From an uncultured Synergistia bacterium (GTDB taxonomy: Bacteria > Vulcanimicrobiota > SpSt-956 > JAKJGF01), in the NCBI GenBank assembly GCA_964431735.1, contig CAYSLJ010000009.1:590-64589 (forward strand): 64,000 bases of DNA, given 5' to 3'. The position numbers were made by a program, and so were the translations under genes. Positions 44,609-54,116 of the stretch are shown here, one piece after another. Under the pieces are notes generated by a model. The model ran no database searches, was not told the DNA's origin, and worked only from the letters and a program-made list of their open reading frames with translations. The number at the start of each line of letters is the position of its first letter. Position 1 is the stretch's first letter.

Positions 44609-45781
44609 ATGTTAGATTTCGGATCAGTAAAAAAACAATTAAAATATATGGTAAAAGAAAAAAATGAAACAAAAGGACTCTTTCATGACAGATTAAAACA
44701 GGGATGGTCAGAAGTAAAGAGATGGAAGGAAGACTGGGAAACACTGAAAAAAAAAGTAGAAGAAGCAAAAACTTCCTGGCTTCTTGGAAAACTATATGAA
44801 TCTTTTGATAATAAAAGAAATACGCCGGAAAGGCCAAAGGAAATAACTGTTATAGCAACAGATGGTTCTCAAATATTTCCCGATCACCACGAAATATCAT
44901 CATGTTATCTTATTAATACAGGTTATGTAGTAATTCATTATGGAACAAAAGAAAAACCCCTTATGTCACAGGAGGCTATGCTTTATTACAAAGATAATGA
45001 TCTCTTTGAACAGGTAAATGGAAGAAAAATAAGTGTAAACACCTCCATAGTATCTGCCAGGAGAGGTATTCTGGAGATGGAAAAATTAACTCTTCTTCTG
45101 CTTGATAACTCTGCAAGAAAACATATTCTGGGTCTTGTAGATGGAACGCTCATTCTCTGGACTCTTGAAGGAAGTGCCCCTGATTTCAGAGATAAAATTT
45201 TAAAATCTTTTATAACATATCTGAACAGACTGAAAGACAGGAAAATACCTGTAGCATCCTATTTGAGCCGTCCCAGGACAAATGATTTTTCAAATAGCCT
45301 CAAAGTGGGACTGTGTCCGGAAAAAAAAGTTAACTGTGACGCATGTCCCTATAAAGAACAGCTATTTCTACCCTGTTCTCCTGTTGAAGGCATTACAGAT
45401 GCCATGTTATTCAAAGGAGTTCTTAAAGAAGGGGAAAGAAGTCCTCTTTTTGAAAGCTCTTCAGGTATAATGTCACATTACGGAGAACATAAAATTTTAT
45501 TCTATTATATCCATACAGGTCAGGAAATAGGAAGGGTAGAAATACCTCTGTGGGTTGCAAAAGATAAAGAGCTGCTCAATCGTACACAGAGCGTAATCTA
45601 TGACCAGGTAAAAAAAGGAGGAGGCTATCCTGTTATTCTCTCAGAAGCCCATGAAAAAGCAGTAATAAGGGGAACTGACAGAGAAATATTTTACAGAATG
45701 ATTTCTGACAGTCTGGTAGAAGAAAAGATCCCTGTTACAATGTCTGCAAAGAAGGCATCGAAAGAAGTGGTCAGAGTTTAA
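44609..45781 (+). CDS. nurA: NurA-domain nuclease
   Basis: VIATDGSQIFPD (DGS at 44861-44869) and GLVDGTLILW motifs. 390 aa, in an operon with a HerA-type ATPase. Confidence 0.7.
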   Translation: MLDFGSVKKQLKYMVKEKNETKGLFHDRLKQGWSEVKRWKEDWETLKKKVEEAKTSWLLGKLYESFDNKRNTPERPKEITVIATDGSQIFPDHHEISSCYLINTGYVVIHYGTKEKPLMSQEAMLYYKDNDLFEQVNGRKISVNTSIVSARRGILEMEKLTLLLLDNSARKHILGLVDGTLILWTLEGSAPDFRDKILKSFITYLNRLKDRKIPVASYLSRPRTNDFSNSLKVGLCPEKKVNCDACPYKEQLFLPCSPVEGITDAMLFKGVLKEGERSPLFESSSGIMSHYGEHKILFYYIHTGQEIGRVEIPLWVAKDKELLNRTQSVIYDQVKKGGGYPVILSEAHEKAVIRGTDREIFYRMISDSLVEEKIPVTMSAKKASKEVVRV

Positions 45782-45782
45782 A

Positions 45783-45980
45783 ATCGTGACGCGTGACGCG
45801 TAACGCGTGACGCGAGGTTCAGAACCATCAGGAATTGAAGGGTGAGTAGTGAGTCGTGAGTCGTGAAGGGTGAATAGTAGGGGCGCCCCCCCTGTGGTCG
45901 CCCGGTACCGGTGAAACACGTATCACGGCATTACGCATCACGAACCACCTGTCACGCGTAACGCGTTACGCGTCACGATT
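45783..45980 (+). repeat. intercistronic mosaic element (with extra leading CGTGACG array)
   Basis: ATCGTGACGCG..CGAGG, GTGAGTA/GTGAGTC units, GGGGCGCCCCCCCTGTGGTCGCCC, GGTACCGG, ACGCATC units, and GTCACGCGTAACGCGTTACGCGTCACGAT. Confidence 0.9.
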
Positions 45981-45994
45981 ATAGGAGTTACATT

Positions 45995-46558
45995 ATGAAC
46001 AATGTCGGAGAAATACTTGAAAGCAGTACAAGGGAATTTATGGCTGAATGTAAAGACAGTCCGCCCCCTCTCGGCAGCCTCATTAAAATAGAGGGAACCC
46101 CTACAGTACTTGCAATAATATACAATATATTTACCTACTGTATAGAGCCCAACAGAAGGCCCACTGCTTACGGTATGTCCATAGAAGAACTGCAGGAAGA
46201 ACAGCCGCAGATATTCGAATTATTAAAAACAGGATTTCAGGCTATTATAGTAGGTTTCCATCAGGATGGAGTATATCATCAATTCTCCCCTCCCCTGCCT
46301 CCGTCACTCCATAGTTTTGTCTATAACTGTACAGAAGACGAACTTCGTGCCTTTACTCAAGAACATGATTACTTGAGAATGATCTTCACTTCAAATAAAG
46401 GCCAGTCAGATGAAATAATAATATCCTTTATAAGACAGGCATGGAATACCTGGAGTCATGACAGAAATTTCATGATATCAGCAGGGAAAGAGCTGTCTAT
46501 ATTACTTAAAGATGATTATGAAAGACTTCAGTCAATAATCAAACGAATTCTTAAATGA
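45995..46558 (+). CDS. hypothetical protein between nurA and herA (possible small beta-barrel/HAS-barrel-like N-terminus)
   Basis: 187-aa ORF with an AGGAG RBS. N-terminal VGEILESSTREF..LGSLIKIEG..VLAIIYNI has the pattern of the barrel at the HerA N-terminus. Weak by-eye inference. Confidence 0.5.
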   Translation: MNNVGEILESSTREFMAECKDSPPPLGSLIKIEGTPTVLAIIYNIFTYCIEPNRRPTAYGMSIEELQEEQPQIFELLKTGFQAIIVGFHQDGVYHQFSPPLPPSLHSFVYNCTEDELRAFTQEHDYLRMIFTSNKGQSDEIIISFIRQAWNTWSHDRNFMISAGKELSILLKDDYERLQSIIKRILK

Positions 46559-46570
46559 ACAAATAAAGGA

Positions 46571-46597
46571 TCACGCGTCACGCGTGACGCGTCACGA
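46571..46597. repeat. palindromic ACGCGT heptamer array just upstream of herA
   Basis: TCACGCGTCACGCGTGACGCGTCACGA. Self-complementary around ACGCGT. Confidence 0.9.
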
Positions 46598-46604
46598 ATC
46601 AAAA

Positions 46605-48233
46605 ATGACAAAAAAAAGAAAAAGAATAGGTGTAATAACAAAAGGTTCTCTTGTAGAAGGACTTGAAATGAAACATGACTCTTGCCAGTCAATAGAAGAA
46701 ATAAAAGCAGGGAAATTTGTTGTCATAGACGGTGAAAAGAATCAGTTTTTCTCAATGATTACAGACATGAGACTTGATTCAACAAATCCTGAAATATTAA
46801 TAAACCCTCCTTCTGAAGGTAACGGAATTATGAGGGAAATCCTGAGTGGAACAAATACCTATGCAACAGTATGTTTAAAACCAATGCTTATGGTAGCCAA
46901 CAAAGAAGATAAAGAGGAAAAACCTGAAATAAGCCCTGTAAAATCAATACCTGCCCATTTTTCAGGAGTTTTTGAAGCACAGGATGAAGATGTAAATAGA
47001 ATATTCGGAGAAGAAAGTCTGGGGAAAAAATATTTTAATATTGGCACTCCCCTTGATATGAACAGTCCTGTATGTCTTAATCTTGAGAGATTTGTAGAAA
47101 GAAGTAACGGTATATTCGGTAAAACGGGAACAGGGAAAACCTTCCTTACAAGACTTGTGCTGAGCGGACTTGTCAGGAATTCACAGGCAGCAAACCTGAT
47201 TTTTGACATGCACAGCGAATACGGTTACAGGGCAATAAAAGAAGGAGGAGGAGAGTCTTTTGTAAAGGGACTCAAACAGCTATTCGGAGATAAAGTTGCC
47301 ATATTTACCCTTGACCCTGAATCTTCGAAAGAAAGGCCTGTTCAGCCTGATTTCGTTGTAAAAATTCCCTATAATCAGATAAAAGTAGAAGATGTTCTTC
47401 CTCTTGAAGAAGTGCTCAATCTAAATCAGACAGCTCTCGAATCTGCCTATATAATAAGGAACCGTTTTGACAGGGAATGGCTCAGAACCCTTCTTGACCA
47501 GGAGTATGCAGATTTAGTTGATTTTTCAGAAGAAATAGGTGCAAATGCCAGTTCTATTTCCGCACTTTACAGAAAATTAAAAAGACTGGAAGATTTTGAT
47601 TTTCTCACAAAACAGCAACCCCAGGTAGATGCAGTAAAAAAAATTATGGAATATCTGGACAGAGGTATTCATATAGTCCTTGAATTCGGAAGACAGAGCA
47701 ATCTTTTATGTTACCTCCTTGTAGCAAATATACTTACAAGAAGAATCCATAAAGATTATATCAGAAAAACAGAAAAATACCTTTCCACCCAGAAACCTGA
47801 AGATAAACCCAAACAGCTTGTCATAACAATAGAAGAAGCCCATAAATTCCTTAACCCCACAGCAGCAAAACAGACAATATTCGGAGTCATTGCAAGGGAA
47901 ATGAGAAAATATCATGTATCACTTCTCGTAGTGGATCAGAGACCATCAGGCATAGATGATGAAGTCCTGTCTCAGATAGGCACAAGGATTGTTGCCCAGT
48001 TGAATGATGAAAAAGACATTCAGGCAGTGCTTACGGGAGTGAGTAATACGTCCGGCCTCCGTTCTGTTCTTGCAAGCCTGGATTCAAAACAACAGGCCCT
48101 TATAATAGGACATGCCGTCCCCATGCCGATAGTTATAAAATCCAGGGACTATGATGAAAAATTCTATAAAGCCATGATGGATCAGGATGCCGGGAGGAAA
48201 GTGGATATCAATAAAATAATATCACGGTGGTGA
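46605..48233 (+). CDS. herA: HerA/DUF87-type hexameric ATPase
   Basis: N-terminal barrel-like segment (IGVITKGSLVEGLE..KAGKFVVIDG). Walker A GKTGTGKT (47118-47141), Walker B LVITIEEAHKF and LLVVDQRPS. ATG 46605 is preferred over GTG 46584, which lies in a repeat. Confidence 0.8.
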   Translation: MTKKRKRIGVITKGSLVEGLEMKHDSCQSIEEIKAGKFVVIDGEKNQFFSMITDMRLDSTNPEILINPPSEGNGIMREILSGTNTYATVCLKPMLMVANKEDKEEKPEISPVKSIPAHFSGVFEAQDEDVNRIFGEESLGKKYFNIGTPLDMNSPVCLNLERFVERSNGIFGKTGTGKTFLTRLVLSGLVRNSQAANLIFDMHSEYGYRAIKEGGGESFVKGLKQLFGDKVAIFTLDPESSKERPVQPDFVVKIPYNQIKVEDVLPLEEVLNLNQTALESAYIIRNRFDREWLRTLLDQEYADLVDFSEEIGANASSISALYRKLKRLEDFDFLTKQQPQVDAVKKIMEYLDRGIHIVLEFGRQSNLLCYLLVANILTRRIHKDYIRKTEKYLSTQKPEDKPKQLVITIEEAHKFLNPTAAKQTIFGVIAREMRKYHVSLLVVDQRPSGIDDEVLSQIGTRIVAQLNDEKDIQAVLTGVSNTSGLRSVLASLDSKQQALIIGHAVPMPIVIKSRDYDEKFYKAMMDQDAGRKVDINKIISRW

Positions 48234-48235
48234 AG

Positions 48236-48367
48236 TCGTGACGCGTAACGCGTGACGCGTGACGGGTGGTTCGTAATGCGTGATGCGTGATGCGTGATTT
48301 GACCGGTATTGGGCGCCCCCCTGCGGTCGCCCCTACTCTTCACTCTTCACTCTTCACTTTTCACTGG
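48236..48367 (-). repeat. intercistronic mosaic element between convergent herA and the radical SAM gene
   Basis: TCGTGACGCGTAACGCGTGACGCGTGACGGG, GTAATGCGTGATGCGTGATGCGTGA, GGGCGCCCCCCTGCGGTCGCCCC, and TCACTCT x3. Confidence 0.9.
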
Positions 48368-49606
48368 ATTAACACTCCCTACCCTTAATTTCGGAAAAGA
48401 ATTTTTCATAGATTTTATAAAATTTAACATGCCTGTTACAGTACTTTTCGGCGGAGTAATTACATTAAAATACAGAGAAGGATCTATATTTAAATTTCTG
48501 AGCTGAACCATGGTGACGGGATATTTATCCAGTAAATTAAACAGGGCATGGCACTCTTCCTCTCTGTCGGTAAAGCCGGGAATTACAAGCAGATTAATAG
48601 ACAGAAAAATTTTTTCACCCATCTCAATAGAAGTCATTACATCCTTAAAAGAATAGGTCTGTGGTTTAAAATAAGCTGTATAATTATCTTCTTTTGCACT
48701 GTTAAGACCTATTCTTACACTGTCAAGGCCTGCTTCTATTGCTTTTCTTATAACATGAGGGTTACTGCCATTGGTATTTAAATGAATTGTTCCTCTGTCA
48801 GTTCTTCTTCTTATCTCTTTTATTGAATTCACGAGAAGATCTCCCCTGAGGGTAGGTTCTCCTTCACAGCCCTGGCCAAAACTTAATAAAGGTTTCTCTG
48901 CTCTATTTAAATGATTTACACCTGTAGAAACAATCTCTTCTATAGAAGGAGTAAACACTATTCTGTTCTGAGGGGACGGAAATCCTGATGACTCTTCATT
49001 CTGAAAGGAAATACATCCGCAGCATTGAGCATTACAGGCAGGAGAAATAGGAATTCCACCTTCCCATCTTTCATAAAATATATTCTGTGCATTGTAACAT
49101 TGATAGTAAAGGGCACAGTGAGAAAGATGCTTCAACAGGCGGTTTCCCGGTTCTTTTTGAAGACGTTTTTTTACCTTCTTTTTTAAATCAGGAGTACTGT
49201 ACTGTGACGGATCCCACTGTTTTACTTTTTCTGTTTCATGAGCTGCCACATAAAATCCATTACTTTTAAAACCTGTAAAGCTATAGGCGAATAAAGGAAG
49301 GGGCTGAACTTTTTTCTGTTCTTTATAAGCAGGCAGTAAAAGCCTTGTATAACCATTTGGCAGCAGGGTACTTACAGAGAAAATACCTCCTTTAACCCCC
49401 GCCATAGTGCTGAAACATTTCACTTTACCTCTATATTTTCCGAAGGGTAAACGTTCAGGCATTAAACTCAAAGAACTTCCATAAGGTAAAGGGATCATTT
49501 CAGAATTTAAAGCTTCTCTGAAGGAAAAGCCGTCAAAAGCCAGCGCTTCTATATCAGGATTATCATAAACCTGTCCGCATCGGTCAGAATAAACAATATT
49601 AAACAT
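48347..49606 (-). CDS. radical SAM protein with about 190-aa N-terminal extension
   Basis: CNAQCCGC gives CX3CX2C. TIM-barrel-like GxE/NTNG blocks (GQGCEGEP, HLNTNGS). The last 5 codons lie in a heptamer array. Confidence 0.75.
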   Translation of the reverse strand: MFNIVYSDRCGQVYDNPDIEALAFDGFSFREALNSEMIPLPYGSSLSLMPERLPFGKYRGKVKCFSTMAGVKGGIFSVSTLLPNGYTRLLLPAYKEQKKVQPLPLFAYSFTGFKSNGFYVAAHETEKVKQWDPSQYSTPDLKKKVKKRLQKEPGNRLLKHLSHCALYYQCYNAQNIFYERWEGGIPISPACNAQCCGCISFQNEESSGFPSPQNRIVFTPSIEEIVSTGVNHLNRAEKPLLSFGQGCEGEPTLRGDLLVNSIKEIRRRTDRGTIHLNTNGSNPHVIRKAIEAGLDSVRIGLNSAKEDNYTAYFKPQTYSFKDVMTSIEMGEKIFLSINLLVIPGFTDREEECHALFNLLDKYPVTMVQLRNLNIDPSLYFNVITPPKSTVTGMLNFIKSMKNSFPKLRVGSVNPVKSEE

Positions 49607-49680
49607 TTAGCTGGAGGAAATAAAATTAAATCTCTTTTCTGATAGAATATAAAGATAACTCCGGTACTATCATTCCTCGC

Positions 49681-49708
49681 GTCACGCGTCACGCGTCACG
49701 CGTCACGA
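49681..49708 (-). repeat. GTCACGC x3 + GTCACGA array between rho and the radical SAM gene
   Basis: On the minus strand it reads ATCGTGACGCGTGACGCGTGACGCGTGACGCGAGG, the same module as at 9261, 45783 and 52117. Confidence 0.9.
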
Positions 49709-49738
49709 TATTAATTATTCCCGACTGATAATTACACC

Positions 49739-51010
49739 TCACTTACTCATAGAAAGAGCTTCTCTTGTTATGGTTTTCAGGAAGTCCAGATTATTTTTAG
49801 TCTTTTTAATGCGATCAATAAGAAGTTCAGTCATCTCAGTAGCATCAAAAACTGCAAAAGCTCTTCTGAGAAGCCATATTTTCTGAAGGTCACTTTCAGA
49901 AAGCAGTAGTTCTTCATGTCTGGTACCAGATTTTTTAAGATCAATGGCAGGGAAAATTCTTTTTTCTGCAAGTTTCCTGGACAGTTCCAGTTCCATATTA
50001 CCGGTGCCCTTAAATTCTTCATATATGACATCATCCATTTTACTTCCTGTTTCTATAAGAGCAGTGGCAATTATAGTAAGACTTCCACCTTCTTCTATAT
50101 TTCTTGCAGCACCGAAAAATGCCTTTGGTTTAATCAAAGCCATAGTATCTATACCTCCAGAAAGTGTTCTTCCACTTGTAGGAAGGGCAAGATTATAAGC
50201 TCTTGCAAGTCTTGTAAGACTGTCCAGTAAAATAACAACATCCCTTTTGTGTTCCACCAGTCTCTTTGCCTTTTCCAGAATAAGTTCTGCTACAATGGTA
50301 TGATTTTCCGGAGGTTCATCAAAGGTAGAACTTACCACTTCACCTTTTATAGATCTCTTCATATCCGTTACTTCTTCAGGTCTTTCACCTATAAGAACAG
50401 CTATTATCGAGACATCAGGATAATTGGTTGATATACCATGAGCAATCTTTTTGAGTAGTATAGTTTTACCTGCTTTCGGAGGGGCTACTATTAAAGCTCT
50501 CTGCCCTCTTCCGAGAGGAGACATAAAATCTATTAACCTGGCTTCCATTTCATCATAGACTGTTTCCAGAGTAAATCTATTATTCGGATATATGGGAGTT
50601 AATTTATCAAAGGGAATCCTGGCCCGTGCATTATCAGCACTGTCTTCATTCACAGTAATGACTTTCAGCAATCCATAATATCTTTCGCCGTTCTTCGGTG
50701 GCCTTATCTGGCCGAGTACCGTATCACCTGTGCAGAGATCAAATCGTTTAATCTGTGATTGAGAAACATAAATATCATCCGAACCGGGAAGATAGCTGGA
50801 ACGCCTTAAAAAACCATACCCTTCAGGCAATATATCAAGTACTCCTCCGGCAAATATCAAACCTTTCTGCTGTGCCTCATTTTCCAGAATCCTGTGTATA
50901 AGGCTATTTTTCTTAAGATTATGATAACCTGTAAGACTTTTTTCCTTTGCTATTTCAAGCAAATCAGTTCTACTCATATTTTCGAGTTCTTCAAATTCCA
51001 TAAAAATCAC
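49739..51010 (-). CDS. rho: transcription termination factor Rho
   Basis: N-terminal Rho_N (LLEIAKEK), GYGFLR RNA-binding, Walker [19 protein letters not shown], and the ending EL..R..AI. Confidence 0.95.
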   Translation of the reverse strand: MIFMEFEELENMSRTDLLEIAKEKSLTGYHNLKKNSLIHRILENEAQQKGLIFAGGVLDILPEGYGFLRRSSYLPGSDDIYVSQSQIKRFDLCTGDTVLGQIRPPKNGERYYGLLKVITVNEDSADNARARIPFDKLTPIYPNNRFTLETVYDEMEARLIDFMSPLGRGQRALIVAPPKAGKTILLKKIAHGISTNYPDVSIIAVLIGERPEEVTDMKRSIKGEVVSSTFDEPPENHTIVAELILEKAKRLVEHKRDVVILLDSLTRLARAYNLALPTSGRTLSGGIDTMALIKPKAFFGAARNIEEGGSLTIIATALIETGSKMDDVIYEEFKGTGNMELELSRKLAEKRIFPAIDLKKSGTRHEELLLSESDLQKIWLLRRAFAVFDATEMTELLIDRIKKTKNNLDFLKTITREALSMSK

Positions 51011-51060
51011 CTCTTAATTATTTTAATTATTTATATTCAATGGCTACAAAACTCACCATT

Positions 51061-52098
51061 TTAAGTTTCCTGTCTGTTAATAACATTTAAACAAAGAGCA
51101 AAGAGTAATATAGAGCCACCTCCCAGTACAAGATAATTAAAAAACAAACCGCTACAATTTCCTTCCAGACCTTTTGTAATACCGTCTACAAGATAATAAC
51201 TTGGCAGGCATCCTGACAGAGTACGTAATAAACTGGAATTTTCAGAAAGTACAATAGGCACCATCAGACATATAAAAGCAAGAGAATTAATAGAATTTGC
51301 CGTACTCTGCGACGGAGATATAAATGCTACAAATATTCCCCAGCAGGAAAAAAATATGCCTCCCAGTAACAACATAGAAAATAAAACAGGTAAATTACCT
51401 GTCAATGACCTGTTTAAACCAAGCAACAGAAAAGCAGAAGAAAAACTCAATATAATACCGAGCAGTGCTTTCCCTGTAATAAAATCATAAATACTGGCAG
51501 GAGATACAAGTAATGCATCCAGAGTTTTTCTATCCTTTTCTTCAATCAAAGAAGAAGTTGTTATTACAAGACTTCCCATAATAGTCAGAAGTATCCATAA
51601 GGGAAGAATATAATGTAAAGTACCTCCTCTACCGGGTTTATAAATCTTTTCTATCTTTACCTGCATAGGGAAAGGCTGTTTCGCATAGATTCTCATTAAT
51701 TCAAATAATTCCATTAAAAGTATTTCCGATCCCTTTAAAGCAGGTTCATTAATTAAAATTCTGACTGCAGGCTGACTGTTTTTCGAGATATCTTCATCGA
51801 AATATTCCGGCAATATAATTACAAGTAAACAATTTCTATCATTAAGGCTTACAGGGCCTTCTTCCTGATTTTTCAATAATTTTATGGAAAAAAGGCCGGT
51901 CTTTTTTAAAAAATCCAGAAAACCTGATTTACCATTATCATAATACCCTATTCCCGGAAGAGCATCTGAATAAGAAAAAGCACAGGTAAACAGTAATGAT
52001 AATACTACAGGAGTTGCCAGACTGACCCATACAGCCTTACTCCGGGTTATATCAATTAAATCCTTTAACAAAATAGCAAAAATACTATGGAAGGACAT
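51061..52098 (-). CDS. ABC-2 type transporter permease
   Basis: 345 aa. N-terminal TM, large loop, then five C-terminal TM helices. An ABC ATPase lies two genes upstream. Confidence 0.7.
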   Translation of the reverse strand: MSFHSIFAILLKDLIDITRSKAVWVSLATPVVLSLLFTCAFSYSDALPGIGYYDNGKSGFLDFLKKTGLFSIKLLKNQEEGPVSLNDRNCLLVIILPEYFDEDISKNSQPAVRILINEPALKGSEILLMELFELMRIYAKQPFPMQVKIEKIYKPGRGGTLHYILPLWILLTIMGSLVITTSSLIEEKDRKTLDALLVSPASIYDFITGKALLGIILSFSSAFLLLGLNRSLTGNLPVLFSMLLLGGIFFSCWGIFVAFISPSQSTANSINSLAFICLMVPIVLSENSSLLRTLSGCLPSYYLVDGITKGLEGNCSGLFFNYLVLGGGSILLFALCLNVINRQET

Positions 52099-52116
52099 CC
52101 ATCACCTGTAATTAAA

Positions 52117-52151
52117 AATCGTGACGCGTGACGCGTAATGCATAACGCGAG
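52117..52151 (+). repeat. CGTGACG array
   Basis: ATCGTGACGCGTGACGCGTAATGCATAACGCGAGG. Confidence 0.85.
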
Positions 52152-52272
52152 GCAAGATTATCTTCTCTCTTTTTATCTAAAAAAATCTGCTAAAATATAA
52201 CATTCACCTTTTCCGGTGAAAACTGCCGGCTGAATGCTTACTAAGGGGTTGTCAAGAAATAACCCAATCACA

Positions 52273-52364
52273 TTTACGTCTATATCGTGACGCGTAACGC
52301 GTAACGCGTGACGCGAGGATGATAACCGTTCTAACAATTTGCCAGGGTTATTTTCTTACAGTCC
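52273..52364 (+). repeat. second copy of the 73-nt module with the same bracketing motif
   Basis: TTTACGTCT (52273-52281), then ATATCGTGACGCGTAACGCGTAACGCGTGACGCGAGGATGATAACCGTTCTAACAATTTGCCAGGGTTATTTTC, then TTACAGTCC (52356-52364). Confidence 0.85.
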
Positions 52365-52419
52365 CTAATAAAAATGAAATGTATATAAATCTGAGGATGG
52401 ACGATTATATGTCAATCAT

Positions 52420-53040
52420 CTATAACTTCTCAGTAGTAATTTCTGACAGATAGCCTTTTTTTGATAACATGGTCTTAAAATCTTCGGCAAGAAACTTATC
52501 CTTTGTCCTTATAATAACAGTATATACAGGTTCTTTTCCTTTAACAATTTTATTGACTTCTACAGAACATTTTATAGCTGCTTTATTTAAGATCTTCCTG
52601 GCCATTTCTACGGCATCTTCATAACGCTGATAAACAGGACCTACCTGAACTATAGTTATATTGGGATTTATATCGGGACTGAAAATCTTTACAGAAAAAC
52701 CATTGCTTTCCAGTACTTTTTTTGTTTGATTGGCAAGAAATTCTCTATCCTTTAACTGGTAAACAACTGCTACTATAAACCCTTTATCTTCAGTTTTATA
52801 AGATACCTTTGAAACAATTTCCACATCAAAAGATCTGGCTTTAAATTCTTCAGCTACTTTCTCTGCCATGCTTTTATCCTGACCGTAAAAAGAACAGTTA
52901 ACCTTATATAAAACCTTTCCCATATCTACAGAGGAAAGACCATATTTCCCAAGTAAAATCATCAATAAAGAAAAAAAACTGAGCACTCCGAAAAAAACTA
53001 TAAGCCATTTTGGTGGTGATGGTATTAAATTTTCTTTCAT
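52420..53040 (-). CDS. membrane-anchored hypothetical protein with SPOR-like repeats
   Basis: N-terminal TM, then repeated beta-alpha-beta-like units (..FIVAVVYQLKDREFLANQTKKVL.., ..TIVQVGPVYQRYEDAVEMARKIL..). By-eye only. Confidence 0.4.
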   Translation of the reverse strand: MKENLIPSPPKWLIVFFGVLSFFSLLMILLGKYGLSSVDMGKVLYKVNCSFYGQDKSMAEKVAEEFKARSFDVEIVSKVSYKTEDKGFIVAVVYQLKDREFLANQTKKVLESNGFSVKIFSPDINPNITIVQVGPVYQRYEDAVEMARKILNKAAIKCSVEVNKIVKGKEPVYTVIIRTKDKFLAEDFKTMLSKKGYLSEITTEKL

Positions 53041-53156
53041 TTTTTAATTACCTGAATAAAATTCATCATTATATTTATTTACAGAGGGCTTACCATAGAG
53101 GTTAATATTTTGTACTTTCACCTGCTTATTCTAGCAAATCTATTATAATTAGTCAA

Positions 53157-54005
53157 CTATAGATTACCTCGATTTGTAATTCTTAAAAAAACTTCTTCCA
53201 GTTTTGGTTCTTCAGAGTGTATGGACAGAAGAATTTTACTGTTAAAAAATTCTTTTATTTTATCTCCTGTATCATTGCAATCTACAGGTAAAGATATTAC
53301 TCTGGCAATACCATTTTCTTCTATTTTAACATTAACTGTTCTTGAAGAATAAAGACTTTTAAGACTCTCTGTTCTGTCAAGAGCAATTATAGTGCCTCTG
53401 TCTATTATAGCCACACGGTTGCACAGTAACTCTGCTTCTTCCAGATAATGAGTTGTAAGAAATACAGTAACCCCTTCTTTACTCAGATTTAAAATCATAT
53501 TTCTGATCTGATGAGCCGAATGAGGGTCAAGACCGCTTGAAGGTTCATCCAGAAACATTACTGACGGTTTATGTAAAAGCGCACGTGCTATAAGAAGACG
53601 CTGTTTCATTCCCCGGGAATAATGCTGCACTGATTCTTTTGCTCTATGTGACAGTTCAACTATATCCAGGACTTCATAAACCCTCTTCTGTGATACTCTG
53701 TAAAGTCTTCTGAAGAGCTCCAGATTATTTATACCGCTCAATCTATGATAGAGATTTTGATGTTCAAATACTACACCTATATTTTCTTTAAGTTTTTTTC
53801 TATCTTTTATTATATCATAATTACATACAGAAGCTTTACCTGATGTTGGTTTTATCTGACCCGTAAGGATCCTGAGAGTAGTTGTTTTACCTGCGCCGTT
53901 AGGCCCCAGAAAGCCAAATATTTCACCCTTTTCTACCTTAAAAGAAATATTATTTAATGCTGTAATGGTTTTATATTTTTTTGTAACTTCAATAACTTCT
54001 ATCAA
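53157..54005 (-). CDS. ABC transporter ATP-binding protein (ABC-2/DrrA-like)
   Basis: GPNGAGKTT, Q-loop, YSRGMKQRL signature, LDEPSSGLD and H-loop. Apparent TTG start. Confidence 0.9.
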   Translation of the reverse strand: MIEVIEVTKKYKTITALNNISFKVEKGEIFGFLGPNGAGKTTTLRILTGQIKPTSGKASVCNYDIIKDRKKLKENIGVVFEHQNLYHRLSGINNLELFRRLYRVSQKRVYEVLDIVELSHRAKESVQHYSRGMKQRLLIARALLHKPSVMFLDEPSSGLDPHSAHQIRNMILNLSKEGVTVFLTTHYLEEAELLCNRVAIIDRGTIIALDRTESLKSLYSSRTVNVKIEENGIARVISLPVDCNDTGDKIKEFFNSKILLSIHSEEPKLEEVFLRITNRGNL

Positions 54006-54027
54006 AAGTTTCTGGCTCCATGTTTTA

Positions 54028-54116
54028 GCGTGATGCGTGATGCGTGATGCGCGTTTTCACCGATACCGGGCCGACCATCTTTCACTCTTTCACTCTTTCA
54101 CTCTTCACTCTTTCAC
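54028..54116 (-). repeat. intercistronic mosaic element (between two ABC ATPase genes)
   Basis: GCGTGAT x3, CACCGATACCGGGCCGACC (related to the GGTCGCCCGGTACCGGTG core), and TTCACTC units. Confidence 0.85.

Noticed and set aside
46584-46604. GTG start of the herA ORF
   Set aside because: The GTG lies inside the palindromic ACGCGT array. ATG 46605 follows it.
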